In this document: one piece after another, positions 1 through 10,116 of the stretch
Numbering within the stretch: the first letter of the stretch is position 1
How the letters are laid out: every line of letters begins with the position of its first letter
Origin: an uncultured Gammaproteobacteria bacterium
GTDB lineage: Bacteria; Patescibacteriota; Patescibacteriia; S139-126
Direction: 5' to 3'
Assembly (NCBI GenBank): GCA_964620905.1
Contig: CAZUKA010000001.1
Coordinates: 455,646 to 519,645, forward strand
Length of the DNA: 64,000 bases
Notes under the pieces: model-generated
Seen by the model: the letters and a program-made list of their open reading frames with translations, nothing else
What the model was told of the DNA's origin: nothing
Database searches by the model: none
Translations under genes and position numbers: made by a program

Positions 1-3000
1 TGCCATTGCCATAAGCATTACTAACATTTACCTGTAAAACATGAGTTCCATTACTAAGGTTTGTATAATTAAAATTATAAGTACCACTGGAACCATGACT
101 AGTTCCACTAATTGGCGAACCGTCTAACAAAATTGTCGCGCTCACTGCCGCACTCACCGTATAGCTCATTGTCACACTATTGGTAGTACCGGTACTACCA
201 TTAGTTGGACTGGTGATGGTGACTGTAGGCGGAGGGGTACTAGCTATATAGTTTACTTGCGCTTGACCGGTGCCGTTGGCGTTGGTTATTCTTACACCTA
301 AAACATGGGTACCATTTGGTAAACTGCTATAAGTATAACTATAATTACCAGCTACCACTGTGCTACTAGCAACATTAAAACCGTTTAATAAAATGGCATA
401 GGTGCCCCCTTGGCTAATAGTAAAATTCATAACCACACTACTACCGCCGGTGGTGTTGTTGTTTGGACTATTGATAGTGACCGTAGGTGGTGGGGGTGGA
501 TTGACTGTATAGTTTACTTGCGCTTGACCGGTGCCGTTGGCATTGGTTATTCTTACACCTAAAACATGTGGTCCAGGGGTTAAACTAGTAAAGTTATATG
601 TATATGTATCAGCATTAGCACCGGTAGTATAAACAACTACCCCATCGCGTAAAATATTGTAAACTCCACTCTGACTAATAGTAAAATTCATAACCACACT
701 ACTACCGCCGGTGGTGTTGTTGTTTGGACTATTGATAGTGACCGTAGGTGGTGGGGGTGGATTGACTGTATAGTTTACTTGCGCTTGACCGGTGCCGTTG
801 GCATTGGTAATATCTACCCCCAAAACATGCGGACCTGATGTTAGACCAGTATAATTGTATGTATAAGTGTCGGCATTATCACCGGTGGTATAAACGACCA
901 CGCCATCACGCAAAACATTATAAACTCCTCCCTGACTAATAGTAAAATTCATAGTCACACTACTACCACCCGAGGAATTATTAGTTGGATTATTTATCGT
1001 AACCGTTGGCGCTGGTGGTGGGGGTGGAGCTGGATAGTTCACTGTTCTTTGTATGGTACCTGTGCCATTGGTATTGACTATCTCAATTAACAATTGATTA
1101 GCACCATAAGACAGCCCGGTAAAAGTATGGGTGTGATTACCGGCATTATTACCGGTCGTACTTATATAACTGCCATTGCGATAAAAATTAATTACCCCAC
1201 CTTGATTGATATTGTATAAAACTGACACAGTACTAGTAACGATAGCGTTAGGAGCGGGACTTAAAATAGTTACTACTGGCTGAGCTAAAATACAGCTATT
1301 GCCACTGATAATATAGCCGGGATTACAACTGGTGACTTGGCAATTTGACCACTGCCAACTACCACTGACAAAATTACAGTCTTGATACTGCCCACTGCCA
1401 TTGGTTATTTGACTAGAACAATCCTGCGTACCAGGATCACACCAACCAAGTTCACAAACACCATTTATCATTACATAGCCAGGATTGCAATAATAATTAC
1501 TGCAATTGGTATAACAAGTAGCCCCACCTAAACCAGCCATGCCTGCTGTTCCATCACAAACTTCAAAACTGGATTGTAAAATACCGTCACCGCAATAACC
1601 ACCACATTCACCTATTATTGGCAAAGCGTCATCAAACCAACGACAAGCCCAAGGTGGAGTAGTTTTACATGAAATATAATCAGGTGTGTGCCAACTGGTA
1701 ATATTATCAGCACAATACATCATTTCCTGACCAGGTTCGCACTCTTCACCTAAAGCCGGCTGAACGATACCATCTCCACAAAAGCCCTCATTGGAATATA
1801 TAGTTCCGTTGCAATATGAACTGTTTGTTTCTAAATAATTTGGGACGGCCATTAAACCATTGATTGCCTCAAAAAGCACACCAACTTTAAAATCATTATT
1901 GTCGCGTCTGTACTGATAAATAGCCGATCCGTTTGGACAAGCATACTGCTGTGTCACTTCATTCCAACAAGTCTCTGGATTAGCTCCGGTCGGACAACCT
2001 GGTATACATTGACCATTAGCACAATCACTATTTTGTAAACAAGTTTGTGGTATTTCATTTTCATCATTACACATACCGGCAAATTTATTGATCGGATCAG
2101 TCGGCAAACTCACTCCCAACTGATTACTCAAAGTTGATTGCCAAGATGGCCATTTGGTTGTTGACATACCAATCACATAGCTACCTGCTGACAGTTGTGG
2201 ATATGAGCCAGTTTGATTTTTATAATTTTCTACCCGGTTGGCAATAAATGAAGCATCGGCTAGACGTTTGAGGTCTCTAGCTATTTTTGGTTTTTCCTCC
2301 GGAGTCAGAGTATAAAAACGAAAATTTTTTATCAACTGATCAAAAATTTGTTTATTGGCATTGGTTGATAAATCATTATAAGACAAAACATAAATATAGG
2401 TCTGAAAGACAAAATCCTGTTTGGGACCCAAAATATAAACCGAGGTGCCATCACGGATGGCTGGAAATCCGTCCACAGTCAAATTTTGTGGTTTGCCTTT
2501 GGGAAAATTTTTCTGTTGATACCAAGCCAAGGGACCCAAATAGTTTGGATTGGCATAAATCCGCAGTCCAATCACATCTTGGGGTACTTGGGCTACTGCC
2601 GAACTACCACCAAATAATGCCAATGTCTTTCGCCACCAATCAATAATCACTCTGCCTAAACGATAATTATCAAGCTTATTAAGTAAAAATGAAGGCTCTT
2701 CTTCTGAAATAGGCGGCGGCAAAGAAGCTGGTAAATAATTGAATAAATATTCGCGCAGTAAATCAGGATCAGTTGTTGTTAGAGAAATTATTGAACTGGT
2801 TGGGGCTGACAATAAGCCATATAAATTTGATTCGTTATTCCCCCGACAATATTTCATCTGAAAACCGTATTGTGCATCCTCCATCGGTGGCTCCAACGGC
2901 CAGGGATAAGTACAAATAAACACTTCAGCTTCAGCTGTACCTTTTATTTTCCGGCCAACTGTATCACCAATAGATTGGTCAGCACTGGTTATCTGGGCAG

Positions 3001-6000
3001 TTGCATTGATAGTAGCTATTCCATTTCGTGGTTGGGGGGAAATGTCTTTTGTATCCGGTTGTGGAGTATCATTGATAGTAATCACATTGTCGGTATCAGT
3101 TTTTGCCCACTGCCAAGTCCAATCATAAAACCCAACTAACGGCACGAGTAATCCTCCCCGACTGTCCAAAGCCGAAGCTACATATGACACATTTTCCGAC
3201 AAGGAAGTAAATAGATAATAAACTGGCTGCAAATCAACTTTGTTGACACGACAGATTTGACTACCAGTAGTAAAAATAGAATTGAATTCGGTTGATAAAT
3301 TAACTCCCTGAGAACTTTTTATTTCAGTGGTCAAACTAATTGTAAACTCGGTGTTGGCAGCATAAACTCGGCTGGGAATAAACCTGGCAACTGTACAACC
3401 TTGCGAATTATTGCAACCATAAACACCTTGATTAGCAGTATAAAAAACTAATTGCCCTTGAACTTGTCTATCTGGACCAGACAAATTTGTGATATTAAAT
3501 GATCTTGGAAATTCAATACTATTTATATCCATCCGCTGGTTAAAAGTCACCTGGACCATAGTATTGCGACAAACATCAGTTTGGGTGTTGGGTGGAATAA
3601 CATTTACTACCCCTGGCGGTAATGGTGTACTACCTGGCTCTTGACAGGTACAATTGGCATCAGGATCACAAATCAAACCAAAAGTCCGACAATAATCTTC
3701 GTTTAACTGACAACCAAAAACCAACGGCTCTCTGTCACAATCATCACCCACACCAGTTCCACCGCTAGTGACAGTTACATCAGTAAAGGCAGAGAAAGCA
3801 TCAACTTCTGACATAATTCTGGTATTACCTACGCCAGTGGAAGATACTATCTGACTAGGATCATAACGACCATCATTGTTGGTATCACGATTACTAACAC
3901 GGGCAATTGTCCCACCGTTTTCATCATTCCATTTCCAGTCATACGCCCAGGGATTTACATACTTATTGGTGCCACACTGTTGATCTGACAAAGCCCGACC
4001 AAAAATTGATTTATTTTGTCCAACACCATTGAAGTTCATATTTACTGGACTGCTTTCAATACTAGTGAGTACACAACTATCTGCCGAAGTGGTGAAAGTC
4101 CAACTGTAACTATCATTACTGCCGTTGCTGTCACGATCAAAATTCAAATTTTGAATAGCTATCCCACCAATAGACAAAATATTATTGGTTAGAATAACTC
4201 GGTAACGTCGATTCCTTTGTAAATCACTACTTGGGTAAATATAAACTTCTCTATCGTCATGGTTATAAAAAATATTTATTATTTGGGCTGTGCCAATTTG
4301 ACAAATATCATCGCCACCGCCACAAAGCCACAATAACACACTATCATTTGATTTCAATGTTTCTTCATTGGCTGGGGATGAAAATTTGGCACCAATTTCC
4401 GAATCCACACATGCCCCATCACAACTAGGCCAGGCAGTAGAGACTCTAAAACCACCTCCACCGCTAGTACCATCATCAACACATATACAATCTTCAAGAT
4501 CACAAATCAATGATTGTGATTGGTCACATTGACTATCATCCGGCACACAACTATTTACATCTAATGAACAAGGATCACCCAAACCACCACCAACTGACTG
4601 ACAAAGACAGGTTGTCTCATTACATTCATAATTAGGTAAACAACTTAAATTGTTGGGATTACAAGAAAGTTCATTAGATGAACAAGGCTGTCCAGCACCA
4701 CAAGACATGTCAAAGGGAACGCCATTGGTAGTAAATCCAGCAGCCGTCACAAAAACATCTCCGTCTACTGTTGCCAATGGTACTTTGGTTTTGATCGTCG
4801 TATTGTTCCATAAACTAAAATCAGAATTCTCAGCGCGACGGTTGGGCGTGAAGGTGACGTTATTTTGTTCAGTAGCATAACTACCAGGATCAGCACCAAA
4901 TCTGATACCATTTAAAGTAATATTTGTGCCCACGCAACCGACGCTGGGATTGATTGACCATAAACAAGGACCCGTATAGATACCCGGTTGATTGACATAA
5001 AAAGAGATATTGTCATTGCTAGTAATACTGCCCAAAACGGGATTATTATAAGTAATAGTTGCTACGAGGGGCGCACTAGTGCCAACTGGTAAATCATCAG
5101 GAATAGTAGTAGTAATATAATTTTTATCATAACCACCCCAAGCGGAATTTTGTCCGTTGATAGTAAGTGAGGTAAGTTCAGCTGGTTGACTGACAGTGCC
5201 GGTAAAACACCTGCCTCGAATAGTTACACATTGTCCAGCCATGCCTTCATTGGGCGTAACTGATGTTATATATGGGGCACACACACAACTAGCTGGATCA
5301 GAAGTACTAAAAGACCAACTATGAGACAAGGTGCCACCACTGGTATTTATCACTAAATCAGTTGTGATAGTGACTGTATAAGTGGTATTGGTATTCCAAG
5401 GACTAGTGGGCGTAAAAACAAAAGATTTAAAATGATTGCTATAAGGTTCTCCTGGATCAGCCACTGACAAAGTACCACCATCACCATTGACCTGATAGGG
5501 TCCCGGTTCCAGTGCTGATGGCCTGATACTAGCACTATAAACTGAACTGTCACTTCCAGTAATTACAAAAGTTACCTGCTGGTCAAACATGGAAGTGCCA
5601 AAATTTACAATTACATCAACATCAGTACACTGGTTAGTACCTTTGGGATACCAATTTCTCACCCCGGGTGCAGCATCATTGGTTTGAAATTCCCAGACTA
5701 ATGGTTCGGTCATTTGATTGCCACACAAATCCTCAACACCCTGTACGGTAATCCGATACCAACGAAAACTATCCAATAAATTTGGATCTTTCAAATTAAA
5801 ACGAAAGCCATTATCACTGGAAAAGTAAACTTCCATTATTTCGTTGGAAATAGTTTCATCAACACTACCTCCCTGTCCGCTGATGCGCTCCACAGTAATC
5901 ACATTTGTCTTCGGTGTTCCATCAGCTTCGGCTACTGAGGTGGCATCAATATCTTCAGAAAAATATACTTCAAAAATTGGCGTCCGCGGCACATTGCGGT

Positions 6001-6979
6001 TAGGATAAGTTGGACCCTCAAACACCGGATAAGTATTGGTTATAAAAGGAGCGATCGTATCATTTTCTTCACCAGTTTCAAAATCCCAAGTAAAATGCGC
6101 ACCGGTATCAGTACAACCCACTGCTGGATCACATAAAGTTAAAGTTAATGGTATTCTTGACTGATCACGCAAGGGATTGGCATTTCCTTGTTTTGGCAAC
6201 ATTAAACGATAAGCAGTATTGGATGCAAATAAATTGTCATTGTGTTTAAAAGTCAAAACATTTCCTGCTACCTGCCAATTACCACTAAAAGTTTCAATTC
6301 GTAATTGATTATTGGTAACTGCTTCTTCAACTGATAACTGGTCAATCCGATTGCTAAAATTTGACTGTACTCGCGAACACAAATAGACATTTTGAGCTGG
6401 ATTGTTTCCACTGTGCGTAGTTTGTACTGCTTTAAGACGAAAATCAGCCCCTGGCAATGGACATAAAGTAAAATCATAAACCCACGCCCCAGCTACACAA
6501 CGTGTACAACCACTAATCTGTCCATCAGTACAAGGTCCCCCGCTACCACCAGTGGAGCCACCAATAATCACTCTAAAAATCCATACAGTCAAAGCATACG
6601 CTAAAATAATAATTAAAAGTCCAATCACACCATTGATAAGTATTTTTTTGGCAGTACTTACTTTTTGCTCATTGCCAGCTGCGGTCATCCAAACATAGCC
6701 GCCGTAGATAATTATCAAGGTAGCAATTATTCCTAAAACCCCCAGAGCAATTTTTATAATTCGAGCTATAGTAACTCTAATATCCTGAGTTCCTAAACCA
6801 ATAGACGAACCATATCCCAGACCAAAATCAACTGCGGATTGTGCCCAAACTAACAGGGGAATAAAAAAAATTGTCCCCAAAATAATCCCGGAGACAAAAT
6901 GCAAACGAGCTTTTTTTGCCAGCATCCCAGTCTTGGTTTTTTCTGATTTCTTTTCTCTGGTCGTAAAAGAGAATTTCAT
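1..6979 (-). CDS. Giant secreted/surface protein, N-terminal 2,300+ aa. The gene is partial and continues past the window start. It has N-terminal hydrophobic TM segments, IPT/TIG-like domains, a Cys-rich EGF-like region and tandem Ig-like repeats.
   Basis: Manual translation of the minus strand from the ATG at 6977-6979 (MKFSFTTREKKSEKTKTGMLAKK...) is open to position 1 with no in-frame stop. The ORF track omits it because no stop lies inside the window. Plus-strand ORFs listed in 2287..4880 are antisense artefacts. Motifs seen: CAPYITSVTPNEGMAGQCVTIRGRCF (IPT/TIG-like), many CxxC/Cys-rich stretches, and repeated PPPPPTVTINSPNNNTTGGSSVVMNFTISQSGVYNILRDGVVVYTTG... units. Confidence 0.8.
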   Translation of the reverse strand, partial: MKFSFTTREKKSEKTKTGMLAKKARLHFVSGIILGTIFFIPLLVWAQSAVDFGLGYGSSIGLGTQDIRVTIARIIKIALGVLGIIATLIIIYGGYVWMTAAGNEQKVSTAKKILINGVIGLLIIILAYALTVWIFRVIIGGSTGGSGGPCTDGQISGCTRCVAGAWVYDFTLCPLPGADFRLKAVQTTHSGNNPAQNVYLCSRVQSNFSNRIDQLSVEEAVTNNQLRIETFSGNWQVAGNVLTFKHNDNLFASNTAYRLMLPKQGNANPLRDQSRIPLTLTLCDPAVGCTDTGAHFTWDFETGEENDTIAPFITNTYPVFEGPTYPNRNVPRTPIFEVYFSEDIDATSVAEADGTPKTNVITVERISGQGGSVDETISNEIMEVYFSSDNGFRFNLKDPNLLDSFRWYRITVQGVEDLCGNQMTEPLVWEFQTNDAAPGVRNWYPKGTNQCTDVDVIVNFGTSMFDQQVTFVITGSDSSVYSASIRPSALEPGPYQVNGDGGTLSVADPGEPYSNHFKSFVFTPTSPWNTNTTYTVTITTDLVINTSGGTLSHSWSFSTSDPASCVCAPYITSVTPNEGMAGQCVTIRGRCFTGTVSQPAELTSLTINGQNSAWGGYDKNYITTTIPDDLPVGTSAPLVATITYNNPVLGSITSNDNISFYVNQPGIYTGPCLWSINPSVGCVGTNITLNGIRFGADPGSYATEQNNVTFTPNRRAENSDFSLWNNTTIKTKVPLATVDGDVFVTAAGFTTNGVPFDMSCGAGQPCSSNELSCNPNNLSCLPNYECNETTCLCQSVGGGLGDPCSLDVNSCVPDDSQCDQSQSLICDLEDCICVDDGTSGGGGFRVSTAWPSCDGACVDSEIGAKFSSPANEETLKSNDSVLLWLCGGGDDICQIGTAQIINIFYNHDDREVYIYPSSDLQRNRRYRVILTNNILSIGGIAIQNLNFDRDSNGSNDSYSWTFTTSADSCVLTSIESSPVNMNFNGVGQNKSIFGRALSDQQCGTNKYVNPWAYDWKWNDENGGTIARVSNRDTNNDGRYDPSQIVSSTGVGNTRIMSEVDAFSAFTDVTVTSGGTGVGDDCDREPLVFGCQLNEDYCRTFGLICDPDANCTCQEPGSTPLPPGVVNVIPPNTQTDVCRNTMVQVTFNQRMDINSIEFPRSFNITNLSGPDRQVQGQLVFYTANQGVYGCNNSQGCTVARFIPSRVYAANTEFTISLTTEIKSSQGVNLSTEFNSIFTTGSQICRVNKVDLQPVYYLFTSLSENVSYVASALDSRGGLLVPLVGFYDWTWQWAKTDTDNVITINDTPQPDTKDISPQPRNGIATINATAQITSADQSIGDTVGRKIKGTAEAEVFICTYPWPLEPPMEDAQYGFQMKYCRGNNESNLYGLLSAPTSSIISLTTTDPDLLREYLFNYLPASLPPPISEEEPSFLLNKLDNYRLGRVIIDWWRKTLALFGGSSAVAQVPQDVIGLRIYANPNYLGPLAWYQQKNFPKGKPQNLTVDGFPAIRDGTSVYILGPKQDFVFQTYIYVLSYNDLSTNANKQIFDQLIKNFRFYTLTPEEKPKIARDLKRLADASFIANRVENYKNQTGSYPQLSAGSYVIGMSTTKWPSWQSTLSNQLGVSLPTDPINKFAGMCNDENEIPQTCLQNSDCANGQCIPGCPTGANPETCWNEVTQQYACPNGSAIYQYRRDNNDFKVGVLFEAINGLMAVPNYLETNSSYCNGTIYSNEGFCGDGIVQPALGEECEPGQEMMYCADNITSWHTPDYISCKTTPPWACRWFDDALPIIGECGGYCGDGILQSSFEVCDGTAGMAGLGGATCYTNCSNYYCNPGYVMINGVCELGWCDPGTQDCSSQITNGSGQYQDCNFVSGSWQWSNCQVTSCNPGYIISGNSCILAQPVVTILSPAPNAIVTSTVSVLYNINQGGVINFYRNGSYISTTGNNAGNHTHTFTGLSYGANQLLIEIVNTNGTGTIQRTVNYPAPPPPPAPTVTINNPTNNSSGGSSVTMNFTISQGGVYNVLRDGVVVYTTGDNADTYTYNYTGLTSGPHVLGVDITNANGTGQAQVNYTVNPPPPPTVTINSPNNNTTGGSSVVMNFTISQSGVYNILRDGVVVYTTGANADTYTYNFTSLTPGPHVLGVRITNANGTGQAQVNYTVNPPPPPTVTINSPNNNTTGGSSVVMNFTISQGGTYAILLNGFNVASSTVVAGNYSYTYSSLPNGTHVLGVRITNANGTGQAQVNYIASTPPPTVTITSPTNGSTGTTNSVTMSYTVSAAVSATILLDGSPISGTSHGSSGTYNFNYTNLSNGTHVLQVNVSNAYGNG
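180..1240 (-). repeat. Tandem DNA repeats of about 255-261 bp, at least four copies, encoding 85-87-aa Ig-like domains of the giant protein. The array probably continues beyond the window.
   Basis: Near-identical blocks, for example 421-480 vs 681-740 and 481-540 vs 741-800 ('ccgtaggtggtgggggtggattgactgtatagtttacttgcgcttgaccggtgccgttggc'). Diverged copies start near 225 and 1000. Confidence 0.8.
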
Positions 6980-6985
6980 GAAAAA

Positions 6986-7435
6986 TTAGGCTAATATTTT
7001 TTTGACCACTTCCGCTACCACTTGGCCATCAGCCTGAGTCCCAACTTTGGCCATAACCTGTTTCATCAAATTGCCAAAATTTAAATCCGTTGCTGCTAGT
7101 GTGGTTTTGACGTTTTGGGCAATGTTGGTAATTTCTTCCACGGTCAACTGGGCAGGCAGATATTTTTCCAATACATCAAGCTCGGCTTGTTCTTTGGCTA
7201 CCAAATCTTCGCGACTTGCTTGTTTATAGCTAATTATCGCTTCTTTTCTTTTTTTGACTTCTCGTTTAATGACCACTACCACCAAATCATCGGTTGGTGT
7301 TTGGGATTGCATTTTTTTCTGAATCAATTCATTGTGCAAAGCTGATTTAAGTAAACGCAAAACCAACGCCTCATCTTTTCTACCCTGTTTTAAGGCGTCT
7401 TTTAGGTCTTGCTCAAGCTGGGTCGCTAGACTCAT
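6986..7435 (-). CDS. yqeY: GatB/YqeY domain protein
   Basis: 149 aa, MSLATQLEQDLKDALKQGRKDEALVLRLLKSA... Typical YqeY sequence and the conserved adjacency to rpsU. Confidence 0.8.
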   Translation of the reverse strand: MSLATQLEQDLKDALKQGRKDEALVLRLLKSALHNELIQKKMQSQTPTDDLVVVVIKREVKKRKEAIISYKQASREDLVAKEQAELDVLEKYLPAQLTVEEITNIAQNVKTTLAATDLNFGNLMKQVMAKVGTQADGQVVAEVVKKILA

Positions 7436-7695
7436 TATTTTTTAATTTTAATTTTTACTCGGCCAAAGCTGTCAGTATAATCGTCGAGTTTACCAATTCT
7501 TTTCAACCAATCTTTTTTCTCATTTATTTTCATCTTGCGCAGTGCTGATTCTTTTTTTTGACTTTTATTTTTTGGTTTGGTGTGCCAGCGTAATTTTTTT
7601 GCTTCCAATAAAACACCAGAATCCCTATTTTTCTTATTGAACCGTCGCAAGAACTGATCAAAAGACTCGTTGTCTTTTCGTTTTACCTCTACCAG
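7435..7695 (-). CDS. rpsU: 30S ribosomal protein S21. The start is probably non-AUG (CUG at 7693-7695, or AUU at 7699-7701), upstream of the ORF-track TTG.
   Basis: In-frame extension gives LVEVKRKDNESFDQFLRRFNKKNRDSGVLLEAKKLRWHTKPKNKSQKKESALRK, matching the S21 N-terminus (…IKVRENE.F..ALRRFKR…). An RBS AAAGGAAGG sits at 7705-7713 and an in-frame TAG at 7714-7716. No ATG/GTG/TTG exists upstream of the conserved N-terminus. Confidence 0.7.
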   Translation of the reverse strand: MVEVKRKDNESFDQFLRRFNKKNRDSGVLLEAKKLRWHTKPKNKSQKKESALRKMKINEKKDWLKRIGKLDDYTDSFGRVKIKIKK

Positions 7696-7775
7696 ATAAA
7701 TACACCTTCCTTTCTAAAAAAATTTTTTAATTATAAAATAAGTATAACACTTTTTACCCATCAATGTCAAATAAA

Positions 7776-9143
7776 TTATGTACTCAACTTATCCTGATCA
7801 GCCTGAATACGCAATTGTTTTTCCAATCGTTTTTTTACTTCTGGTAAAACCTTTTTAATATCAATTACCTCTTGGATGCCATTTTCCATATCCCGCAACA
7901 TAACTGTACCGTCAAGGATTTCTTTTTGTCCTAAGATAAGAGCATATTTTACTTTTAACTTATCGGCTTTTTCCAATTGTGATTTTAAACCTTCTTTGGA
8001 CAGACTTTCAGCTACTTTTATTCCAGCGCTACGTAGTTCTTCAAATAACAATAAACTTTTCCGCTTTGCCTCTTCACCCAACTGCGCTACAAAAATATCA
8101 GGTTGATAAGATATTTGGGGAAGGATATTTTTTTCTTTCAATAAAGATACCACTCTTTCAATGCCAACCGCCACTCCAGCTGCTGGAGTTGGTCGACCAC
8201 CCAATAGTTCTATCAAACCATCATAGCGACCGCCGCCACCTAAAGCTGATTGACGTGAAGCTTCTTCTTCACCTGCCCAAATTTCAAAAACCGTGCGTGA
8301 ATAATAATCCAGTCCCCTAACTAAGGTTGGTTTTAAAATTACTGGTACATCCAGCTCATCCAGATAGTCCATCACCTTCAAAAAATGTTCACGGCTATCA
8401 TTACTTAAATAATCAAATATCTGTGGTGCCTGTTCAATAATCGGTTGTAAATTTGGTTCTTTACTATCCAAAATCCGCAAAGGATTTTTGGTCAATAATT
8501 TTTTGGCCTCATCCGACAATTCACTTCGCTTGGTACGAAAATAATCTACTAAAACTTTTTTATAATTTGTTCGACACTCTTCCGTACCAATGCTATTGAT
8601 GGCCATCGACACATCCAAACCCAACTGTTTCATAATTTTGTAACTAATAAAAATAATTTGGGCATCAATCATCGGATCATCGCTACCTAAAGATTCAAAA
8701 CCAAACTGATGAAATTCGCGCAAACGTCCTGCTTGTGGTCGCTCGTGCCTGAGCATTTTACCCCAATACCAAAATTTTACTGGTTGAGGCCAAGCTATCA
8801 TACCGTGTTCAATATAAGCTCGAGCTACTGGTGCCGTGCCTTCGGGTCGGAGGGTAATATTATCTCCACCTTGATCAACAAAAGAAAACATTTCTTTTTC
8901 TACAATATCGGTCTGTTTACCTACGCCCCTTACAAACAAATTTGTTTTTTCAATGATCGGCGTTTCAATTAAACTAAATCCATAACTATCAGCCACAGCT
9001 CTGACTTGATCAAATATCCATAAAAAATATTCTTGATCATCAGGTAAAACATCTTTAGTACCACGAATCAACTGAAAACTTGACTGACTTTTGACCTTGT
9101 CAACTTTCTCTGGTATAGTTTTTTCTTTATTTATTTTTTTCAT
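7776..9143 (-). CDS. hisS: Histidine--tRNA ligase
   Basis: 455 aa with class II aaRS/HisRS motifs (…DVLPDDQEYFLWIFDQVRAVADSYGF…LRPEGTAPVARAY…GGGRYDGL…). Confidence 0.9.
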   Translation of the reverse strand: MKKINKEKTIPEKVDKVKSQSSFQLIRGTKDVLPDDQEYFLWIFDQVRAVADSYGFSLIETPIIEKTNLFVRGVGKQTDIVEKEMFSFVDQGGDNITLRPEGTAPVARAYIEHGMIAWPQPVKFWYWGKMLRHERPQAGRLREFHQFGFESLGSDDPMIDAQIIFISYKIMKQLGLDVSMAINSIGTEECRTNYKKVLVDYFRTKRSELSDEAKKLLTKNPLRILDSKEPNLQPIIEQAPQIFDYLSNDSREHFLKVMDYLDELDVPVILKPTLVRGLDYYSRTVFEIWAGEEEASRQSALGGGGRYDGLIELLGGRPTPAAGVAVGIERVVSLLKEKNILPQISYQPDIFVAQLGEEAKRKSLLLFEELRSAGIKVAESLSKEGLKSQLEKADKLKVKYALILGQKEILDGTVMLRDMENGIQEVIDIKKVLPEVKKRLEKQLRIQADQDKLST

Positions 9144-9149
9144 AAAATT

Positions 9150-9749
9150 TTAATAAACCGGGGCATTAAAAAATGTTTGCCATCGTTCAAAAGGATAACC
9201 GCGAATAATAGCTCTACCCACAATTAAACTTTTTTGTACGCTGCCAAATTGTCTAGAATCCATACTGCGACTTCGGTTATCACCCAACAAAAAATATTCA
9301 TCATTTCCCAAAGCAATAGTATCTTCCCCCAATGACACAGTTTTGACTTCCGGTGATAGATAACTTAATTCATCCAATAAAAAACCTTCTGGATTGTCAT
9401 CATTGTAAATATAAATAGCGTTATCACGTAATTCCACTGTCTCGCCGGGTAAACCAATTATCCGCTTGATAAAAAATTCTTTTTGATCACGTGGATAGCG
9501 AAAAACAACTATTTCACCTCTGGCTGGCTCACGGAAACGATAAGAAATTTCATCAATCAACAAATATTCGTGGTCATGAAAATTTGGTTCCATACTGGCC
9601 CCTTTGACATAAAAAGGTTGGATTAGATAATAACGTACCGGGATAATAATAGCCACGGAAATAAAAACTATACGTAAAATTTCCAAAACAAACTCTTTGA
9701 AACGTTGTTTATTGGCTGCAACTGTAACCTGATCTTCTTGATTGAACAT
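9150..9749 (-). CDS. lepB: Signal peptidase I, bacterial P-type with a Ser-Lys dyad
   Basis: GASMEPNF…KRIIGLPGE…GDNRSRSMDSR motifs and an N-terminal TM segment. Confidence 0.85.
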   Translation of the reverse strand: MFNQEDQVTVAANKQRFKEFVLEILRIVFISVAIIIPVRYYLIQPFYVKGASMEPNFHDHEYLLIDEISYRFREPARGEIVVFRYPRDQKEFFIKRIIGLPGETVELRDNAIYIYNDDNPEGFLLDELSYLSPEVKTVSLGEDTIALGNDEYFLLGDNRSRSMDSRQFGSVQKSLIVGRAIIRGYPFERWQTFFNAPVY

Positions 9750-9837
9750 AAATATTATTATATTTAATTTATTATTTTATTTTTCCCAATTTAATTCAAA
9801 AAATTTTTACCAGTACTAAAAAAGGAAATAAACAAGC

Positions 9838-9915
<78 letters not shown>

Positions 9916-10116
9916 AAAACTTTTTTGCCAGTTGAAAACTATCAAACGCCAGCAAAGCCAAAAAACTAAAAAAATAAAAGTGTTATTAGTGTAAAATAAA
10001 ATTAAGTCTATTTCAAGTCGCGTGAATCATACTGCAATTTAAACAAAAAAGCAAATATTTATATTGACCTAAGGTTGTTTTGTTGGGTATTATTATTAAA
10101 GACAAATTAAAACGTC

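Noticed and set aside
2287-4880. Plus-strand ORFs of 65-119 aa listed by the ORF track (2287..2646, 2870..3139, 4231..4428, 4650..4880)
   Set aside because: They lie antisense to the continuous giant minus-strand reading frame and have low-complexity, stop-avoiding compositions. They are spurious.
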